A stretch of 64,000 nucleotides of DNA from Alphaproteobacteria bacterium (GCA_965227515.1 CBDDFZ010000001.1:3808001-3872000); one strand, 5' to 3'. Shown: positions 37,690 to 52,059, numbered from the stretch's first letter. Notes: generated by a model not told the origin, from the letters alone. Made by a program: numbers and translations.

Positions 37690-37896
37690 ATGAGCGAGCA
37701 ACCCGCGGTCGAGCTTCGCGAAGTGCTCTACGAGTTCCACCAGGTCGGCAACAGCGTGCGCGTCGCCGCCATCGACCCGTACACGCGGACCGAGGTGACC
37801 ATCGTCGGCCCGGCGAACGCTGGCGCTGAAACGCTGCAGAGCACGGCACGGCGCAAACTCGCCTACGTCATCGGCAAGGCACGCGCGCAGGGTTGA
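37690..37896 (+). CDS. Small conserved hypothetical protein (DUF6898-like)
   Basis: EVLYEFHQVGNSVRVAAIDP.T.TEV.IVGP. Confidence 0.7.
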   Translation: MSEQPAVELREVLYEFHQVGNSVRVAAIDPYTRTEVTIVGPANAGAETLQSTARRKLAYVIGKARAQG

Positions 37897-38173
37897 GCAA
37901 CCCACCCTCAGCGTCCGCTCATTGCATTTAATCGTTTGATCTGCACCGGCCCGCCCCCCACCCGGCCACCCAGACAGGATACTATCGTTGGGCGGCCGGG
38001 TGGGGGTGTGGGCTGGTGCCGGTTCAGCGTCAGCGGGAAACAATCTAACGCGCATTTGATCGCCTGCCCCCGCATATTGCGGGCTTGTTACAGGCCATGG
38101 GCTCGGCTAAACGTGGACTGGAGACGCACGCACCTCTGGCGTGCGCCCCGCCCGCCGCCAAGCTCGGATTTCA

Positions 38174-39181
38174 ATGGAAAATTTCATCCAGCAGCTGATC
38201 AACGGGACCACCCTCGGTGCGTTCTTCGGCTTGGTCGCGATCGGCTACACGATGGTCTACGGCATCATCGGGATGATCAACTTCGCCCATGGCGACATCT
38301 ATATGTCGGGCTCGTTCATAGCGCTGATCGCCATAGCGCTGGTCGGCACCATCGGCCTGCTCGACGGCTTCGACGTGGTGGAGGTCGCCGAGACCGCTGA
38401 AGCGGGAGGGGCAGCCGCCATGGGCTTCGGCGACATTGTCGTCGGCGTCGGCGGCATGATGCTGGCATTAGGCATCGTCGCGGTCATATCAATGTTCTTT
38501 ACCGCCGTTTACGGCTGGTCGGTGGAGCGGATCGCCTACAAGCCGCTGCGCGGCTCGTTCCGGCTGGCACCGCTGATCTCGGCCATCGGCATGTCCATCG
38601 CGCTGCAGAACTACGTGCAACTCGTGCAGGGCGCACGCCCGCGCGCGGTCCAACCGGTGATCGAGGGCAATCTGGTGCTGATGACCCGCGACGACGGGTT
38701 CACGGTCGTGCTGAGCTACCTGCAGATCTTCATCGTCGTGCTGACGGTGCTGCTGATGACGATCTTCACCCTGATCATCACGCGCACCGCGCTGGGCCGC
38801 GCGCAGCGTGCGTGCGAGCAGGACAAGACGATGGCCGCCCTTCTGGGCGTCAACGTCGACCGCACCATCTCCATCACGTTCATCATGGGTGCCGCGCTCG
38901 CCGCGGTCGCCGGCATGATGGCGGTGCTCTACTACGGCGCCATCGACTTCTACGACGGCTTCCTGATCGGCCTGAAGGCGTTCACCGCCGCCGTACTGGG
39001 CGGCATCGGCTCGCTGCCGGGCGCGATGCTGGGCGGGCTGTTGATCGGCCTGACAGAGGCATTCTGGTCGGCCTATGTTTCGGTGGAATACAAGGACCTC
39101 GCGGTCTTCTCAATCTTGGTGGGCGTGCTGATCTTCCGTCCCAGCGGCCTGCTAGGCCGGCCCGAGATCGAGAAGGTCTAG
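38174..39181 (+). CDS. livH: Branched-chain amino acid ABC permease LivH
   Basis: GYTMVYGIIGMINFAHG, KAFTAAVLGGIGS. Confidence 0.95.
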   Translation: MENFIQQLINGTTLGAFFGLVAIGYTMVYGIIGMINFAHGDIYMSGSFIALIAIALVGTIGLLDGFDVVEVAETAEAGGAAAMGFGDIVVGVGGMMLALGIVAVISMFFTAVYGWSVERIAYKPLRGSFRLAPLISAIGMSIALQNYVQLVQGARPRAVQPVIEGNLVLMTRDDGFTVVLSYLQIFIVVLTVLLMTIFTLIITRTALGRAQRACEQDKTMAALLGVNVDRTISITFIMGAALAAVAGMMAVLYYGAIDFYDGFLIGLKAFTAAVLGGIGSLPGAMLGGLLIGLTEAFWSAYVSVEYKDLAVFSILVGVLIFRPSGLLGRPEIEKV

Positions 39182-39184
39182 CCG

Positions 39185-41712
<2,528 letters not shown>

Positions 41713-41714
41713 CC

Positions 41715-42434
41715 ATGGCCGAGATGCTGCAAGTCACGGGTCTCCACACCTTCTATGGACGCATCGAGGCGCTGCGCGGTGTCGACCTGACCGTGGGCGC
41801 CGGCGAGATCGTCACCCTGATCGGCGCCAATGGCGCCGGCAAGACCACCCTGCTGATGACGCTGTGCGGCAGTCCCCGCGCGGCGACCGGCGCCATCGCG
41901 TTCGAGGGCACCGACATCACCACCATGCCGACCCACGAGATCGTCAGGCTGGGCATCGCGCAGTCGCCGGAAGGCCGGCGCATCTTTCCGCGCATGACGG
42001 TCTACGAGAACCTGCTGATGGGCGCGACGCTGGGGGACGCGGAGAATTTCGACGCCGATATCGGACGCGTCTACGACCTGTTTCCGATCCTGAAGAACCG
42101 GCAGAACCAGCGTGGCGGCACGCTTTCCGGCGGCGAGCAACAGATGCTGGCCATCGGGCGCGCGCTGATGAGCCGGCCGCGCCTGCTGCTGCTCGACGAG
42201 CCGTCGTTGGGCCTGGCCCCGATGGTCGTGAAGCAGATTTTTCAAGTCATCCAGGAGATCAACCAGCAACAGAACGTCACCATCCTGCTTGTGGAGCAGA
42301 ATGCGTTTCACGCTCTCAGGCTGGCGCATCGCGGCTACGTCATGGTCAATGGCCGCATCACCATGAGCGGCTCCGGCGCCGATCTGTTGGCCGATCCGGA
42401 AGTGCGCGCCGCCTATCTGGAAGGGGGGCACTGA
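41715..42434 (+). CDS. livF: Branched-chain amino acid ABC ATPase LivF
   Basis: GANGAGKTT, LSGGEQQM, DEPSLGLAP. Confidence 0.95.
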   Translation: MAEMLQVTGLHTFYGRIEALRGVDLTVGAGEIVTLIGANGAGKTTLLMTLCGSPRAATGAIAFEGTDITTMPTHEIVRLGIAQSPEGRRIFPRMTVYENLLMGATLGDAENFDADIGRVYDLFPILKNRQNQRGGTLSGGEQQMLAIGRALMSRPRLLLLDEPSLGLAPMVVKQIFQVIQEINQQQNVTILLVEQNAFHALRLAHRGYVMVNGRITMSGSGADLLADPEVRAAYLEGGH

Positions 42435-42439
42435 CACCG

Positions 42440-42841
42440 ATGTTCGATGCCCCGTTCTATTTCGACCTTGGCGCGCTGATCGCGTTCACCATCGGCCTGT
42501 TTGGCTTCCTGTCGTTCATGACCGGGATGTCGGTGGCGCGCAGTTGGCAGTCGATCCGCGCAATCCTGGCCTATAGCCTGTTGTTGGCAGTTGGCGAGCG
42601 CTTCATGGTGCAGGCGATCGTCTTCGACCGTTTCTACATGATCATCGACATCTTCTGGTCGGCCGAGGACGGTTTGAGCCTGGCCTTCGACCTGCACTAT
42701 TTCGTCTCGCTGGCGATTTGCGCCACCATCGGTTCGGTCGCCTATTACGCGACCCGCGCCTCGTTGATGGTGCGCCAATACCCGTGGCTTTACGAGCGCG
42801 CGGGGGTGTTCGGCTGGCGCCTGCGCAAGGGCCACGGCTAG
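42440..42841 (+). CDS. Small membrane protein of liv operons (DUF6867-like)
   Basis: MVRQYPWLYERAG C-terminal motif; three TM segments. Confidence 0.8.
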   Translation: MFDAPFYFDLGALIAFTIGLFGFLSFMTGMSVARSWQSIRAILAYSLLLAVGERFMVQAIVFDRFYMIIDIFWSAEDGLSLAFDLHYFVSLAICATIGSVAYYATRASLMVRQYPWLYERAGVFGWRLRKGHG

Positions 42842-42966
42842 AGCATGATCACTTAAGTCGGCACCGGCCCTCTCCCCCACCCGGCCGCCCAGACATCATA
42901 CTGGAGTTGGGCGGCCGGGTGGGGGAGAGGGCTGGGGCAGATTCAGCGTAAGCTGATCCCGATCTA
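42839..42966 (+). mobile_element. TA-flanked MITE/CIR-like element copy 1
   Basis: TAGAGCATGATCACTTAAGTCGG ... GATTCAGCGTAAGCTGATCCCGATCTA with internal hairpin. Confidence 0.8.
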
Positions 42967-43123
42967 GCCCCGGAAAACCGGCCAGCCTTGCGGCGTCGCG
43001 GGCGTTCGTATAAGAGCACAACAGGGGCATACGGGGTATGACCGCATGCCGCGCGGGCGGGCCGGCGTGTGTTCTTGCTGGCTTGCCAGCCACGATTTCC
43101 AACGAAACAGGGAGCGAGATTTG

Positions 43124-44221
<1,098 letters not shown>

Positions 44222-44253
44222 TTCCCAGCAACCTGATCCAGGTTCGCAAGAAA

Positions 44254-44285
44254 GAAGCCCCGGGCAAAACTGCCCGGGGCTTTTT
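44254..44285 (+). terminator. Rho-independent terminator after livK
   Basis: AAGCCCCGGGCA-aaac-TGCCCGGGGCTTTTT. Confidence 0.85.
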
Positions 44286-44407
44286 CGTTCGGTAAGCTCT
44301 CTAGGATCGTTGGTACGTCCGTACCAGGGCCGGCATCCCGCCCGGCCGATCGACATGGTGACGCCCCCTACAGGCTGCACTCCCAGTACGCGAGCGAACC
44401 TTGGGCG

Positions 44408-44878
44408 TCAGGCCGCCGCTGCGGCCTTCTTCCGGCCACGGCCCTTGGCAGCCGGCTTGCGGCCCAGGCCAATCTTCTTGGCGAAGTCGGAACGTTGCGC
44501 AGCGTAATTGGGCGCGACCATCGGATAGTCGGCCGGCAGGCCCCACTTCGCGCGATACTCGTCCGGAGTCATGCCATAAGTGGTGCGAAGATGGCGCTTC
44601 AGCATCTTCAACTTCTTGCCGTCTTCCAGGCAAATAATAAAGTCGGGCGTCACCGACTTGCGCACGGAGACCGCGGGCTTCGGGGGCTCCGCAGGTTCGG
44701 CAGACTTCTCGTCACCCAGTTCGCTAAGTGCGCCGTAGACCGACCGTATCACTTCGGCGATCTGAGATGCAGGCAGAACGTTGTTGCGCAAATACGACGA
44801 CACGACGTCGGTGGCCATTCGCAAATTCTCGTTGTGCGAAGGGGCCGGACTTGGTTGCTCACTCAATCTCGTCTCCAT
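44408..44878 (-). CDS. mucR: MucR/Ros zinc-finger transcriptional regulator
   Basis: IICLEDGKKLKMLKRHL, YPMVAPNYA. Confidence 0.95.
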   Translation of the reverse strand: METRLSEQPSPAPSHNENLRMATDVVSSYLRNNVLPASQIAEVIRSVYGALSELGDEKSAEPAEPPKPAVSVRKSVTPDFIICLEDGKKLKMLKRHLRTTYGMTPDEYRAKWGLPADYPMVAPNYAAQRSDFAKKIGLGRKPAAKGRGRKKAAAAA

Positions 44879-45425
44879 GTCTTGGAACTTACAACGCCCC
44901 CAGTACCACCAACATGCACGACTTTGCCGTCTTGTCAATAACTGCACGGTTAAAATGAGTAATTACGGTGTTAGTAACTGTAACTCGAGGCCAAGCGAAA
45001 CGAAATTTAGCGAAGCCTTCCGGCGCAGAACCGACAGTTTGTTGCGTCGCCTAATGATAAAGCGAAGTCTGGCGTCGTGTTTGGGAGTTTATGGGGGACC
45101 TGAGCGGTACATGGTCCCAAATTGGCCCATGTCAAGTGCGGCAATGCATTCACCCGACCATTTGGGATACCATTCTCTTGCACTGATCGGACCATTGCTT
45201 CTGAGTCTTGCCGGCGGGTGGATGCGCCCACTGCGTGACGGCTCGCACCGGGATGCAGGCATGCGCACGCTCGCGGTCGCGCGCCACCATCCGCTTTCGG
45301 GGCATTTTCCGCTATATAGGGAGCCAACGACTCGCACCCAGCCGATGCACGCGACCGGTGGCCTCCATGGTCACGCCATCGCATCGGGCTCATGTCCATG
45401 TGCGACCACCGCTTGGAGATCGTGA

Positions 45426-45890
45426 ATGCGCTGTCCGTTCTGCGGCCATCTGGATACGCAAGTTAAGGACTCCCGGCCTACGGAAGACAACGCCGCCATT
45501 CGGCGGCGACGCTTCTGCGTCAATTGCGGGGCGCGCTTTACCACGTTCGAGCGCGTTCAGTTGCGTGAATTGACTGTCATCAAGTCCGGCGGTCACCGTG
45601 CGCCGTTCGAGCGCGACAAGCTGGAGCGATCGATCATGATCGCCCTGCGAAAGCGCCCAGTGGAGCAGCAGCGCATCGACCGCATCGTCAACGGTATCGT
45701 CAGGCGGCTGGAAAGCTCCGGCGAATCCGAGATCCGCTCGGAGATGATTGGCGAATGCGTCATGGATGCACTGCGCAGCCTCGACCCGGTCGCCTATGTT
45801 CGCTTCGCCTCGGTCTATCGCAACTTCCGCGAAGCGCGGGACTTCGAAGACTTCATCGATACCGAGCTGGCCGCCGCCGAACAGGACTGA
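45426..45890 (+). CDS. nrdR: Transcriptional repressor NrdR
   Basis: MRCPFC..DSR..RRRR.C..C..RFTTFE; ATP cone; [10 protein letters not shown]. Confidence 0.97.
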   Translation: MRCPFCGHLDTQVKDSRPTEDNAAIRRRRFCVNCGARFTTFERVQLRELTVIKSGGHRAPFERDKLERSIMIALRKRPVEQQRIDRIVNGIVRRLESSGESEIRSEMIGECVMDALRSLDPVAYVRFASVYRNFREARDFEDFIDTELAAAEQD

Positions 45891-45896
45891 CGACCG

Positions 45897-47036
45897 ATGT
45901 CGTCCGAGGGTGCTCCGTCGGCCGCGTTAAACGACGCCGACCGTCGTTACATGACGTTGGCCCTGCGCCTCGGCAGGCGCGGCCTGGGCGTGGTGGCGCC
46001 CAATCCGGCCGTCGGCTGCATCGTCGTCAACGATGGACGGATCGTCGGCCGCGGCTGGACCCAGCCCGGCGGGCGCCCCCATGCGGAGACCGAGGCGCTG
46101 GCCCGGGCCGGCGCTTCCGCCAGAGGTGCCACGGCCTATGTCACGCTGGAACCGTGCAGTCATCATGGCCAGACCCCGCCATGCGCGGACGCGCTGATCG
46201 CGGCTGGCGTGCGCCGCGTGGTGGTGGCCGTGGAGGACCCCGATCCGCGGGTCAGCGGCAGTGGGCTAGCCAAGCTGCGCGACGCCGGCATCGCGGTCGA
46301 TTGCGGCCTGATGGCGGACGAGGCCCGCGCCGCCAATGCAGGTTTTCTGTCGGCAATCTCCAACGGCCGTCCGTGGGTGACCGCCAAGGTCGCGTCGTCG
46401 CAGGACGGCGGCATCGCCACCGCGGGCGGCGAGAGCCAGTGGATCACGGGACCGGCGGCGCGGCGCGAGGGCCATCTGCTACGCGCGCGACACGACGCCA
46501 TCGCCGTCGGCAGTGCGACGGTGGCCGAGGACGACCCGTCATTGACGTGCCGCCTGGAAGGCTTGTCCTCCGCCTCGCCGATACGGGTGGTGTTCGACAG
46601 CCAGCTCCAAATCTCGCCGGACGCGACGCTGGTGACGACCGCGGCCAGCGTGCCGACCTGGATCGTCTGCACCGAGCGGGCCGACCGAGATCGTCATGCC
46701 AGGCTCGCCGGCGCCGGCGTCCGCGTGTTGCCGTGCGCGGCGCATGGCGCCCGCCCCTCCATACCGGATGCGCTGCGCCGTCTCGCCGCCGAGGGCGTGA
46801 CACGCCTGCTAGTGGAGGGTGGCGGCCGATTGCTGGCGAGCTTCCTGGCGGCCGACGCCATCGACGAGATCGTTTGGCTGCGCGCGCCGATGCTGTTGGG
46901 CGGCGATGCCCGGCCAGCGGTGGCAGCGCTGGCCCTGCCCACCCTGGCGGCGGCGCCCGCGTTCGAGCGCGTTTCGGCCCGTTCGGTGGCGGCCGACATC
47001 ATGGAGACCCTGCGCCGATTGCGCACGCCCGGTTGA
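45897..47036 (+). CDS. ribD: Bifunctional riboflavin deaminase/reductase RibD
   Basis: HAE, TLEPCSHHGQTPPC, VEGGG. Confidence 0.96.
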   Translation: MSSEGAPSAALNDADRRYMTLALRLGRRGLGVVAPNPAVGCIVVNDGRIVGRGWTQPGGRPHAETEALARAGASARGATAYVTLEPCSHHGQTPPCADALIAAGVRRVVVAVEDPDPRVSGSGLAKLRDAGIAVDCGLMADEARAANAGFLSAISNGRPWVTAKVASSQDGGIATAGGESQWITGPAARREGHLLRARHDAIAVGSATVAEDDPSLTCRLEGLSSASPIRVVFDSQLQISPDATLVTTAASVPTWIVCTERADRDRHARLAGAGVRVLPCAAHGARPSIPDALRRLAAEGVTRLLVEGGGRLLASFLAADAIDEIVWLRAPMLLGGDARPAVAALALPTLAAAPAFERVSARSVAADIMETLRRLRTPG

Positions 47037-47078
47037 GCGGACTTTCCACGCCGCGGACAAATCGACTAGAACCCGGCC

Positions 47079-47699
47079 ATGTACACTGGCCTGATCACAG
47101 ACATCGCGCGTGTGCGCGCCATCGTACCCGGCGGCGTCACCCGTATCGAAGTCGCCTTCGACCACCCGATCCAGGGCATCGACCTGGGCGCGTCCATCGC
47201 GTTGAGCGGACCGTGTTTCACCGCGACCGAACTCGGTCCCGATTGGCTGGCCGTGGACGCCAGCAACGAGACCGTCGCGCGCACCACCATTGCCGGTTGG
47301 CAGGTTGGCACCAGGGTGAACTTCGAGCGCTCGCTGCGGATCGGCGACGAGTTGGGCGGGCATCTGGTCTCCGGCCACGTCGACGGCATCGCCGAGGTCG
47401 CGGACATCCGGCCGGACGGCGACAGTCACCGTTTCCGGTTTCGACTGCCCCGCGCGCTCGGCATCTTCGTTGCCGAGAAGGGCTCGATCACGGTCGACGG
47501 CGTCTCGCTGACCGTCAATGAGGTCGCCGACGACGGCGACCGGACGGTATTTGGCGTCAACATCATTCCCCACACCTTCGCCCACACCACATTCCCTGAC
47601 CGCAAGCCGGGCGATCCGGTTAACATTGAAATCGACATGGTTGCGCGTTACTTGCGACGTTGGCAGGACGCCGTCGACGCCCAGGCCGCCAATAGCTGA
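47079..47699 (+). CDS. ribE: Riboflavin synthase (alpha chain)
   Basis: MYTGLI, GGHLVSGHVD, DGVSLTVN. Confidence 0.95.
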   Translation: MYTGLITDIARVRAIVPGGVTRIEVAFDHPIQGIDLGASIALSGPCFTATELGPDWLAVDASNETVARTTIAGWQVGTRVNFERSLRIGDELGGHLVSGHVDGIAEVADIRPDGDSHRFRFRLPRALGIFVAEKGSITVDGVSLTVNEVADDGDRTVFGVNIIPHTFAHTTFPDRKPGDPVNIEIDMVARYLRRWQDAVDAQAANS

Positions 47700-47713
47700 C
47701 CCAGAAAGCCCGC

Positions 47714-48169
47714 ATGGCCGAAAATCCAAAGATCCTGATCGTCGAGGCCCGTTTCTACGACGATATCGCAGACGACCTCGTTGCCGGCGCCATGCGCGTG
47801 CTGGAGGACGCCGGCGCCGAAGTGGAAAGATGCAGCGTGCCAGGCTCGTTCGAGCTGCCCGGCGCCATCTCCATCGCGTCCGCCAGCAACGAAACGCGGT
47901 TCGATGGCTACATCGCCCTTGGCTGCGTCATCCGTGGCGAGACGGACCACTATGACTATGTCTGCGACGCCACGGTGCGCGGGCTGCAGGACCTGGCGGT
48001 CAACAGCCGGCTCGCCATCGGGTTCGGCGTGCTGACCTGCGAGACGCGCGCCCAGGCGGAGGCGCGCGCCCGGCCCGGCGACCGTGACGCCGGCGGGAAG
48101 GCGGCCAAGGCGTGCCTGCGCATGATCAAGCTGCGCGATCTGTTCGGCGCGACACGGGCAGCGCAATGA
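47714..48169 (+). CDS. ribH: 6,7-dimethyl-8-ribityllumazine synthase
   Basis: VPGSFELP, GCVIRGETDHYDYV. Confidence 0.96.
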   Translation: MAENPKILIVEARFYDDIADDLVAGAMRVLEDAGAEVERCSVPGSFELPGAISIASASNETRFDGYIALGCVIRGETDHYDYVCDATVRGLQDLAVNSRLAIGFGVLTCETRAQAEARARPGDRDAGGKAAKACLRMIKLRDLFGATRAAQ

Positions 48170-48738
48170 GCCACGACGACACGCCCACCCCCGCACCCAA
48201 GCGTCCGGCCGGCCGCAAGGGCGGCGCGCGTGCCCGCTCGCTGGCGCGGCTTGCCGCCGTGCAGGCCCTCTATCAGATCGACATCAACGCCGCACCCGTG
48301 GAGCGCGTGGTGTCGGAATTCCTGCTCGGCCGGCTGCAGGAGGATGTCGACGGCATCGCCTACGGTCCTGCGGACAAGACTCATTTCCTGGCCGTGGTGC
48401 GTGGGGTCAGCGGCGACCGGGCCGCCTGCGACGACATGATCCAAGCGGTCCTGAGCGATGCCTGGACGGTGGAGCGCCTGGAGCCGCTTGTCCGCGCGGT
48501 GCTGCGTGCCGGTGTTTATGAGATTGCCGAAATGAAGGCGGTGCCCACCCGCGTTGCGATCACCGAATATGTCGATATCGCCCACGCGTTTTTCAGCCAG
48601 CGCGAGCCGGCTCTGGTCAACGGCGTGCTCGACAAGGTGGGGCACGCCCTGTGGCCGGAGGCGTTCGAGCCTTCGTCCGGCGGTGGCTCGGAGTCGGGCC
48701 GAACCGACGGCAAGACCAGCGCACCGGCGGCGTCCTGA
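48166..48738 (+). CDS. nusB: Transcription antitermination factor NusB
   Basis: ARLAAVQALYQ, EYVDIAHAF, VNGVLD. Confidence 0.95.
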   Translation: MSHDDTPTPAPKRPAGRKGGARARSLARLAAVQALYQIDINAAPVERVVSEFLLGRLQEDVDGIAYGPADKTHFLAVVRGVSGDRAACDDMIQAVLSDAWTVERLEPLVRAVLRAGVYEIAEMKAVPTRVAITEYVDIAHAFFSQREPALVNGVLDKVGHALWPEAFEPSSGGGSESGRTDGKTSAPAAS

Positions 48739-48756
48739 CCCAGCCGCGCCAGCCGC

Positions 48757-49743
48757 ATGGCTTCCCCGCCGCATGAATTCGACCTGATCTCGACCTTCCT
48801 GGCACCGCTGGCCGGAGCGCCGGGCCTCGGCCTGCGCGACGATGCGGCGCTCTTCACGCCGCCACCGGGACACGACCTGGCCATGACCACCGACAGCCTG
48901 GTCGCAGGGCGGCACTTCTTCGCCGACGACCCGCCCGATGCCATTGCCGAGAAGGCGCTGGCCGTCAATCTGTCCGACCTGGCCGCCATGGGCGCGCGGC
49001 CGCTGGGCTACCTGCTCGCCGCGACCTTCCCCGCGCCGCCCGGCCGGGACTGGCTGACGGCGTTCTGCGACAGCCTGCGGGCCATGCAGCAACGCCATGC
49101 CGTCGAGCTGTGGGGTGGCGACACCACCACCGGAACCGAGAAGCTGGTGCTGGGCGTCACCGCCATCGGGGCGGTGCCCACGGGGTGCGCGCTCACCCGC
49201 TCGGGCGCGCGGCCGGGCGACCGGGTGTTCGTCTCCGGCACCATCGGCGACGCCTGCCTGGGGCTGGACCATCGGACCGGCAAGCTGGCGATCGACGACA
49301 CGGCAACGGCGCAGGCACTGGCACTGCGGCTGCATCGCCCGACGCCACGGCTCTCGGTCGGACAGGCGCTGCAGGGTCTCGCGACCGCGGCCGCCGACGT
49401 GTCCGACGGGCTGGTCGCCGATTTGGGCCACATCGCAAGCGCCTCCGCCGTGTCGATCGTCGTCGATGGCGACGCGGTGCCGCTGTCCGATGCCGCACGC
49501 GGCATCGTCGGCGACAACGACGCCATTCTGGCGCGCGTGCTGGGTGGCGGCGACGATTATGAGCTGGTGTTCTGCGTACCCCCCGCGCGCGCCGATGCGG
49601 TCGGGGCACTGGCACGTCGTCTCAACGTGCCGCTGACTGAAATCGGCCGGGTCGAGGACACCAAGGCGCAAGCGGGCACGGTTCGGGTGGTCCGCAACGG
49701 TCACCCCTTCACGATTGACGCCCCGGGCTTTCGGCACTTCTAA
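48757..49743 (+). CDS. thiL: Thiamine-phosphate kinase
   Basis: EFDLI, DDAA, VNLSDLAAMG, DVSDGL, GGDDYEL. Confidence 0.95.
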   Translation: MASPPHEFDLISTFLAPLAGAPGLGLRDDAALFTPPPGHDLAMTTDSLVAGRHFFADDPPDAIAEKALAVNLSDLAAMGARPLGYLLAATFPAPPGRDWLTAFCDSLRAMQQRHAVELWGGDTTTGTEKLVLGVTAIGAVPTGCALTRSGARPGDRVFVSGTIGDACLGLDHRTGKLAIDDTATAQALALRLHRPTPRLSVGQALQGLATAAADVSDGLVADLGHIASASAVSIVVDGDAVPLSDAARGIVGDNDAILARVLGGGDDYELVFCVPPARADAVGALARRLNVPLTEIGRVEDTKAQAGTVRVVRNGHPFTIDAPGFRHF

Positions 49744-49769
49744 AGTTTCTCGCGTCGCTCAGCTTCGAC

Positions 49770-49784
49770 TTAACGGAACCTTGA
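49770..49784. promoter_or_regulatory. Near-consensus CtrA box upstream of fliL-like gene
   Basis: TTAA-cggaacc-TTGA. Confidence 0.45.
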
Positions 49785-49829
49785 GCGTCGCCCGGCATAC
49801 TGAGGCCCACGCCCAGCGGGTCAGGTCGG

Positions 49830-50288
49830 ATGAAGAAGAAGAAGCTCATTTTGATTGGTGGACTGGTGCTCGCGCTCGGCGGCGGCGGCGCCTATATGTC
49901 CGGCGTTCTGGGCGGCACCGACACGACTGAAGAAGGCGCCGTTGAGGAAGTGGTGGAGGAAGCGCCGCCGGAAACCACCTTCGTTGAGCTGGACGAGATC
50001 TCGCTCTCGATCATTCGTCGCGGCAAGCTGACCGACATTGTCCACCTGGACCTGACCCTTGAGGCGAACCTCGAATCGGCGGCACTGGTCCTTCAGAACA
50101 TGGCGTTGCTGCGCGATCGCATCCAGCTCGCGCTGATGGCCAACCTGGAGCAGCGGATCGGCCAGGACGTCCCGCTGGTCGATATTCCGGAGATCAAGTC
50201 GACCATCATGGGCCTGGGCGCTCGCATCTTCGGCGAGGGCGTGATCCTTGACGTCCACCTGCTGGAAGACTGGCACGAGCATTTCTAG
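49830..50288 (+). CDS. FliL-like flagellar basal-body-associated protein
   Basis: KKKKLILI TM anchor, GGGGAY, LRD motif. Confidence 0.7.
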   Translation: MKKKKLILIGGLVLALGGGGAYMSGVLGGTDTTEEGAVEEVVEEAPPETTFVELDEISLSIIRRGKLTDIVHLDLTLEANLESAALVLQNMALLRDRIQLALMANLEQRIGQDVPLVDIPEIKSTIMGLGARIFGEGVILDVHLLEDWHEHF

Positions 50289-50306
50289 CTCGCCGACCAC
50301 GACAAC

Positions 50307-50924
50307 CTACCGTTCCTGTATTCGCGCGTAGGCCAGCGACGCATAAAGCGCCTCGACCGCATCCTGGAATGACAGGTTCGGGTTGCCGATGCACCAGTCG
50401 CGCAGGAATTCCAGCTGCTGGCCGTGGTCGAACGTGTCGGGTTGCAGGTCCGCCACCCGCCCACCGGTTTGGTCAAGCGCAAGGTTGCGGTGGCTCATAT
50501 AGCCCTGGGCCCAGTGCAGCATGCCCTGGAAGGTCGTCCAATAGGCCGACTCCGAGTCCAGCCCCAGTGACTGATAGAACCGGAAGTTCTCGTTGAACCG
50601 GCGGGTGATCGCCAGGCACGACATGGTGCCCAGGCCGACGACCCGTTGCGGCGGCTGCACGGTCGGTGGCGGCGTCACCGGCGCTGCTGGCTGATCGGCG
50701 CCCTCCTCCTGCGCCTCGGCATCCGGCGCATCGCCGTCTTGCGCGACCGCGACCGGCACGGCGGCAAACCAGAGCCCGACGGCCGCACCCGCGACCATGC
50801 CGCTGGCCCGCGCCCAACGCCTGCGTGGCGCAGCCTGTCGCGCCGCCTGCTGGCGAACCTTTTCCAGGTCCTTGTCCTCCCAATTTGCGCCTGCCGCGCG
50901 GGCGCGACGCAGTATGAACTGCAA
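50307..50924 (-). CDS. Hypothetical secreted protein with two-Cys (HdeA/Rap1a-like) domain; start uncertain
   Basis: Signal peptide AVAQ, GLGTMSC...WAQGYMS...WCIGNP. Confidence 0.6.
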   Translation of the reverse strand: MQFILRRARAAGANWEDKDLEKVRQQAARQAAPRRRWARASGMVAGAAVGLWFAAVPVAVAQDGDAPDAEAQEEGADQPAAPVTPPPTVQPPQRVVGLGTMSCLAITRRFNENFRFYQSLGLDSESAYWTTFQGMLHWAQGYMSHRNLALDQTGGRVADLQPDTFDHGQQLEFLRDWCIGNPNLSFQDAVEALYASLAYARIQER

Positions 50925-51216
50925 AATGCAAAATTACAGGCCCGCGTGGCCGCCTCTCAATAAATTGCAGCGCCGGAATGGGCCGTTTTCAAGGCGTTGG
51001 CGGCCTGGCCCGGGCTGGCACACCCGTTGCTCATGGAACTCCAACGTGCGGGACAAGGCAGACCCACACTATCGGCCGTTGCCCCCCTCTGACTCCATTA
51101 TTAGGAGTCCGGCCGAGCGGCGGTCGCACTGGCCCAACCGGTGCGGCCGCCACCCCTCCCCTGCCTGCTCAATTGCCCTATATGTCGCGGTGCGATTATT
51201 GGCATCGGGGCACCTC

Positions 51217-52059
51217 ATGAGTACGTCACCGGCATTGACCGATTGGGACACCGATCGCGGCCACAAGTGGCGCGCCCAGTTGATCCCCATCGAGGCCACG
51301 CTGGCCCCGGTCGACGGGCCGCTGATCGAGGCCCTGTCTTTGGACGTGCCGTGCCGGATTGCCGACATCGGCTGCGGCAGCGGCGGGACCACCCGCGCGA
51401 TAGCGCAGCGCGCGCCCGCCGGCAGCGTGGTGCATGGTCTCGACATTTCCCCGGACCTGATCGAGGCCGCACGCGCCCGCACCCCGGCCGAGGCCGGAGA
51501 TATCGCGTTCCACGTGGCCGACATGGAGACCGCCGCGCCCCCGCCGGTGCCCTACGATCGGCTGACGTCGCGCTTCGGCATCATGTTTTTCCAGAACCCC
51601 ACGACCGCGTTTGCGAACGTCGCGCAATGGCTGGCGCCAGGCGGCCGGTTCGCGTTCGCCGCCTGGGCACCGCCGAAGGACAACCCGTGGATGGCGTGCA
51701 TGCGCGAGGCGGTGGCCAAGGTCGTGGAGGTGCCGAAATCCGACCCCGACGCGCCGGGTGCGTTCCGCTATGCGTCGGCGGACGGCCTTGTCTGCCTGCT
51801 CGAGACAGCGGGATTTGGCAACGTTCAGGTCATCGACTGGCGGGGGGACGTGCCGGTGGGCGGGTCACTGCCGCCGGAAGACGCTGCCGCGTTCTCGCTG
51901 GCCGCATTCTCCATCGGCGAGGCGCTGCACGGCGCCGACGACGATGCCCGCCGGGAAGCGCACCGCCTGCTGGCGGCGCACTTCGCAGGCCACTACCGCG
52001 ATGGCGCGGTGCGCATGGGCGCGCGCGTGCACCTGGTCACCGGCACCCGTCCGCAATAG
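51217..52059 (+). CDS. Class I SAM-dependent methyltransferase
   Basis: IADIGCGSG, GLDIS, SRFGIMFF. Confidence 0.92.
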   Translation: MSTSPALTDWDTDRGHKWRAQLIPIEATLAPVDGPLIEALSLDVPCRIADIGCGSGGTTRAIAQRAPAGSVVHGLDISPDLIEAARARTPAEAGDIAFHVADMETAAPPPVPYDRLTSRFGIMFFQNPTTAFANVAQWLAPGGRFAFAAWAPPKDNPWMACMREAVAKVVEVPKSDPDAPGAFRYASADGLVCLLETAGFGNVQVIDWRGDVPVGGSLPPEDAAAFSLAAFSIGEALHGADDDARREAHRLLAAHFAGHYRDGAVRMGARVHLVTGTRPQ

